From Candidatus Atelocyanobacterium thalassa isolate ALOHA (GTDB lineage Bacteria > Cyanobacteriota > Cyanobacteriia > Cyanobacteriales > Microcystaceae): a stretch of DNA of 32,000 bases. Below are positions 29,721-32,000 of this stretch, one piece after another. The notes below the pieces were generated by a model that made no database searches, was not told where the DNA came from, and worked only from the letters and a program-made list of their open reading frames with translations. Position numbers and translations under genes: made by a program. Numbering within the stretch: position 1 is the stretch's first letter; each line of letters starts with the position of its first letter. The stretch covers positions 540,001-572,000 of the forward strand of contig NC_013771.1 of NCBI RefSeq assembly GCF_000025125.1, in the 5' to 3' direction.

Positions 29721-31055
29721 ATGACAGTATCCTTAAAATATTCTGCTAAGGTAAGTAAGATTGTACCTAGTTCTATTGCTGAAGAAGTAGGTTTTGAGAT
29801 AGGTGACACTATCATTTCCATTAATGGGAAAGAACCTCGCGATTTAATTGATTATAACTTTTTATGTTCTGATGTTTTTTTACTTTTGCAGGTGCTAGAT
29901 ATTCAAAAGAATCTTTATCAAGTAGAAATTGAAAAAGACTATGACGAAGATTTAGGTTTAGAATTTGAAACAGCTCTATTTGATGGATTAATACAATGCA
30001 ATAATCGTTGCTCTTTCTGCTTTATTGATCAACAGCCTCCAGGGAAAAGGGATAGCTTATATCTAAAAGATGATGATTATCGCTTGAGTTTCCTTTATGG
30101 TAGTTATTTGACTCTGACTAATTTAACAGAAAAAGAGTGGAAACGTATTGAGAGTATGCGTTTATCTCCTCTTTTTGTGTCGGTTCATGCAATTGAGCCT
30201 GATATCAGAATTAAACTCTTAAAAAATAAAAGAGCTGGAGAAATTAAAAAACAATTAGAATGGTTTCGAGAAAAAAAATTACAAATTCATGCACAGATCG
30301 TAGTATGTCCCGGAATTAATGATGGTATACATCTAGAAAAAACTATACTTGAATTAGCAGAGTTTCACACGACAGAAAATCCCACAGTGATTTCTACTGC
30401 TGTAGTTCCTGTAGGCTTAACTCGCTTTCACCCTGAAAAGAGCAATTTAATTCCTGTAGATCAAGTAAAATCAGAAGAAGTTATAAAGCAGGTTCAGGGG
30501 TTACAAAAAAAATTTTTTTTTCAGTTTAATAGTAATTTTGTTTGGTTAGCAGATGAGTGGTTTTTAATCGCAAAACAAGATTTACCTCCTGAGTCAGATT
30601 ATGAAGATTATCCTCAAGTTAGCAATGGAGTTGGTTCTATTAAAAAATTTATTCAAGAATTTTATTCAATATGTCAAGAAAAATTACCTCAAAAAATTGA
30701 TAAAGAAAAAACTTTAATTTGGGTAGTAGGAAATGCTGTTGACAAAGTTTTTCAGCCTTTAGCGCAAAGGTTAAATCAAGTTGAAAATCTAACAATCATC
30801 TTAATTCCACTTAGAAGCAAATATTGGGGGCAAGAAATAACAGTAACGGGATTACTCACAGGTGAAGATTTAATATCAGGACTACAAAATATGTATTTAG
30901 GAGATGGGATTTTAGTACCTTCAGTAATGCTTAAAAATAATAATGATATTTTTTTGGATGATATGACAATTGAAGAAGTATCATTAAACCTCAAAACCTT
31001 GTTAATTCCAGCAAATAATATTGCAGATTTAATTGAAATCTGTTTATCAAGATGA
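29721..31055 (+). CDS. PDZ domain - radical SAM - DUF512 protein (cyanobacterial FeS protein of unknown function)
   Basis: The N-terminal PDZ-like segment is IVPSSIAEEVGFEIGDTIISINGKEP. The CX3CX2C cluster is CNNRCSFC followed by LKDDDYRLSFLYG. The C-terminal half is of the DUF512 type. 444 aa. Confidence 0.75.
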   Translation: MTVSLKYSAKVSKIVPSSIAEEVGFEIGDTIISINGKEPRDLIDYNFLCSDVFLLLQVLDIQKNLYQVEIEKDYDEDLGLEFETALFDGLIQCNNRCSFCFIDQQPPGKRDSLYLKDDDYRLSFLYGSYLTLTNLTEKEWKRIESMRLSPLFVSVHAIEPDIRIKLLKNKRAGEIKKQLEWFREKKLQIHAQIVVCPGINDGIHLEKTILELAEFHTTENPTVISTAVVPVGLTRFHPEKSNLIPVDQVKSEEVIKQVQGLQKKFFFQFNSNFVWLADEWFLIAKQDLPPESDYEDYPQVSNGVGSIKKFIQEFYSICQEKLPQKIDKEKTLIWVVGNAVDKVFQPLAQRLNQVENLTIILIPLRSKYWGQEITVTGLLTGEDLISGLQNMYLGDGILVPSVMLKNNNDIFLDDMTIEEVSLNLKTLLIPANNIADLIEICLSR

Positions 31056-31123
31056 ATTAAAACGTATATTATAAGTAACTTGATTATTCAGATACTTATT
31101 TTAAAAATCAAAAAATAGATTAT

Positions 31124-31621
31124 TTAATCAGTAATATTCTTTGTCTCGTATTGAATTGAATCTCCAGTATCAGGAATATTAACTGGAGAAAGAAACAAAA
31201 GAGATGTGTGAGGATCAGGAGGGACCAGTTTAGAATTAGGGTCTTTAGCTTTTTCTGCTATTGTATATTTTAAAGATTCGCTAAAAGAGGCAAGTGGAAT
31301 TTCATACTTTTTAAGATTTTGTAGCTCAAAATATTTTTTATTCCATTCAATTGTTTTATTTGCAGTACAAGCATATATACCTAGCATAATACTAATTAAA
31401 CCTACGGTTAATACCGTAAATCCTTTTTGAATAGATAGTAAAAATTCTAATTTGAAAGGAAACTGCTTAACACTAGTTGTTATATTGATGTTATTAATTA
31501 TTTGATGAGTATTGTCGTTGTTAAATTCGGTTTTTTGCTTAGGACTATTACGATGTACGAATTCTGACTTTACTTTTTTATCTATGGGATTATTTAAAGC
31601 TTGATAATTTGTAGTATTCAT
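31124..31621 (-). CDS. Hypothetical bitopic membrane protein
   Basis: A 165-codon ORF with an Asn/Lys-rich cytoplasmic N-terminus and one TM (FTVLTVGLISIMLGIYA). A short heptad-like stretch (WNKKYFELQNLKKYE) and a Pro-containing tail follow. Confidence 0.5.
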   Translation of the reverse strand: MNTTNYQALNNPIDKKVKSEFVHRNSPKQKTEFNNDNTHQIINNINITTSVKQFPFKLEFLLSIQKGFTVLTVGLISIMLGIYACTANKTIEWNKKYFELQNLKKYEIPLASFSESLKYTIAEKAKDPNSKLVPPDPHTSLLFLSPVNIPDTGDSIQYETKNITD

Positions 31622-31857
31622 ATTTTATGAATCTTATTTATTTTTTAGTTAATCAATATTTTATAGTTCTCTTAAAAATTAGAATTGTTAATATTAACTG
31701 ACGATAAATATTAAATCCATGTTTCATTATAAGATCAATATTAATCAACTAAAATAATTAATAAGTTTTCTAGCTACTGGAATTGACATAAACTCTATAG
31801 TACAAGAGATATCTTGAATTGATATTTATACTATAGAAAACAATATAAAAATAAAGT

Positions 31858-32000
31858 TCAATTTCCTATAATTAGGGCCTTTGATTCAATATTAACCTTA
31901 CTAAAATGAGATATTTCTTCATTCAAAATTTCTAAAGCTTTATCAAATTGAGGATCGCCAAGATATCCAATTTTTTCCCTAGACTGCTGTAAATCTTTCC
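31858..32000 (-). CDS. 3' end of an unidentified CDS running in from the right edge
   Basis: The minus-strand frame is open for 46 codons from the window edge (...KDLQQSREKIGYLGDPQFDKALEILNEEISHFSKVNIESKALIIGN) to TGA (complement of 31858-31860). It is not in the ORF track because it is truncated. No family recognised. Confidence 0.4.
   Translation of the reverse strand, partial: KDLQQSREKIGYLGDPQFDKALEILNEEISHFSKVNIESKALIIGN

Noticed and set aside
30776-30994. 72-aa ORF on the - strand
   Set aside because: Antisense inside the DUF512 radical SAM gene.
1-32000. Search for tRNA, rRNA, tmRNA, RNase P RNA and mobile-element signatures
   Set aside because: No T-loop (GGTTCGAAT-like) or other conserved RNA-gene motifs were spotted in any intergenic region, and no transposase or integrase ORFs or terminal inverted repeats flanking genes. 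This was a visual scan only, so a covariance-model scan could still find a small RNA.

Overview
AT-rich (roughly 30% G+C by eye) 32-kb stretch of a cyanobacterial chromosome. It carries about 26 protein genes on both strands, and nearly all are core housekeeping. They cover NDH-1 subunits (ndhB, ndhD), translation (rpsB-tsf, mnmA), DNA topology (topA), chaperone (clpB), isoprenoid, cofactor and amino-acid synthesis (ispF, ribF, dapF, a cysteine desulfurase), and envelope and lipids (class B PBP, LptF/G-type permease, sqdX). There is also a TldD protease, an ECF sigma/anti-sigma pair, and several conserved or orphan proteins of unknown function (DUF218, DUF721, PDZ-radical SAM-DUF512, cupin, metzincin-like). 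I saw no rRNA, tRNA, CRISPR, transposase, integrase, phage or defence genes. The protein sequences (NdhB, NdhD, SqdX, ClpB) look like the Synechocystis/Cyanothece-Crocosphaera type. The extreme AT bias and K/I/N-rich proteins suggest a genome-reduced relative such as UCYN-A or a diatom spheroid body; this is inference only and needs a database search. I do not find convincing evidence for a novel multi-gene system, and the window reads as ordinary core genome. Four things deserve a second look. (1) The TopA lysine-rich tail is built from tandem repeats that continue one base out of frame past the stop codon. (2) A composite 25-bp perfect palindrome plus 19-bp tandem duplication sits between the divergent ECF sigma and dapF genes. 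(3) A GGAAC-N16-CGTC ECF-type promoter candidate lies upstream of the sigma gene. (4) A 32-bp perfect hairpin abuts the ndhD stop codon.
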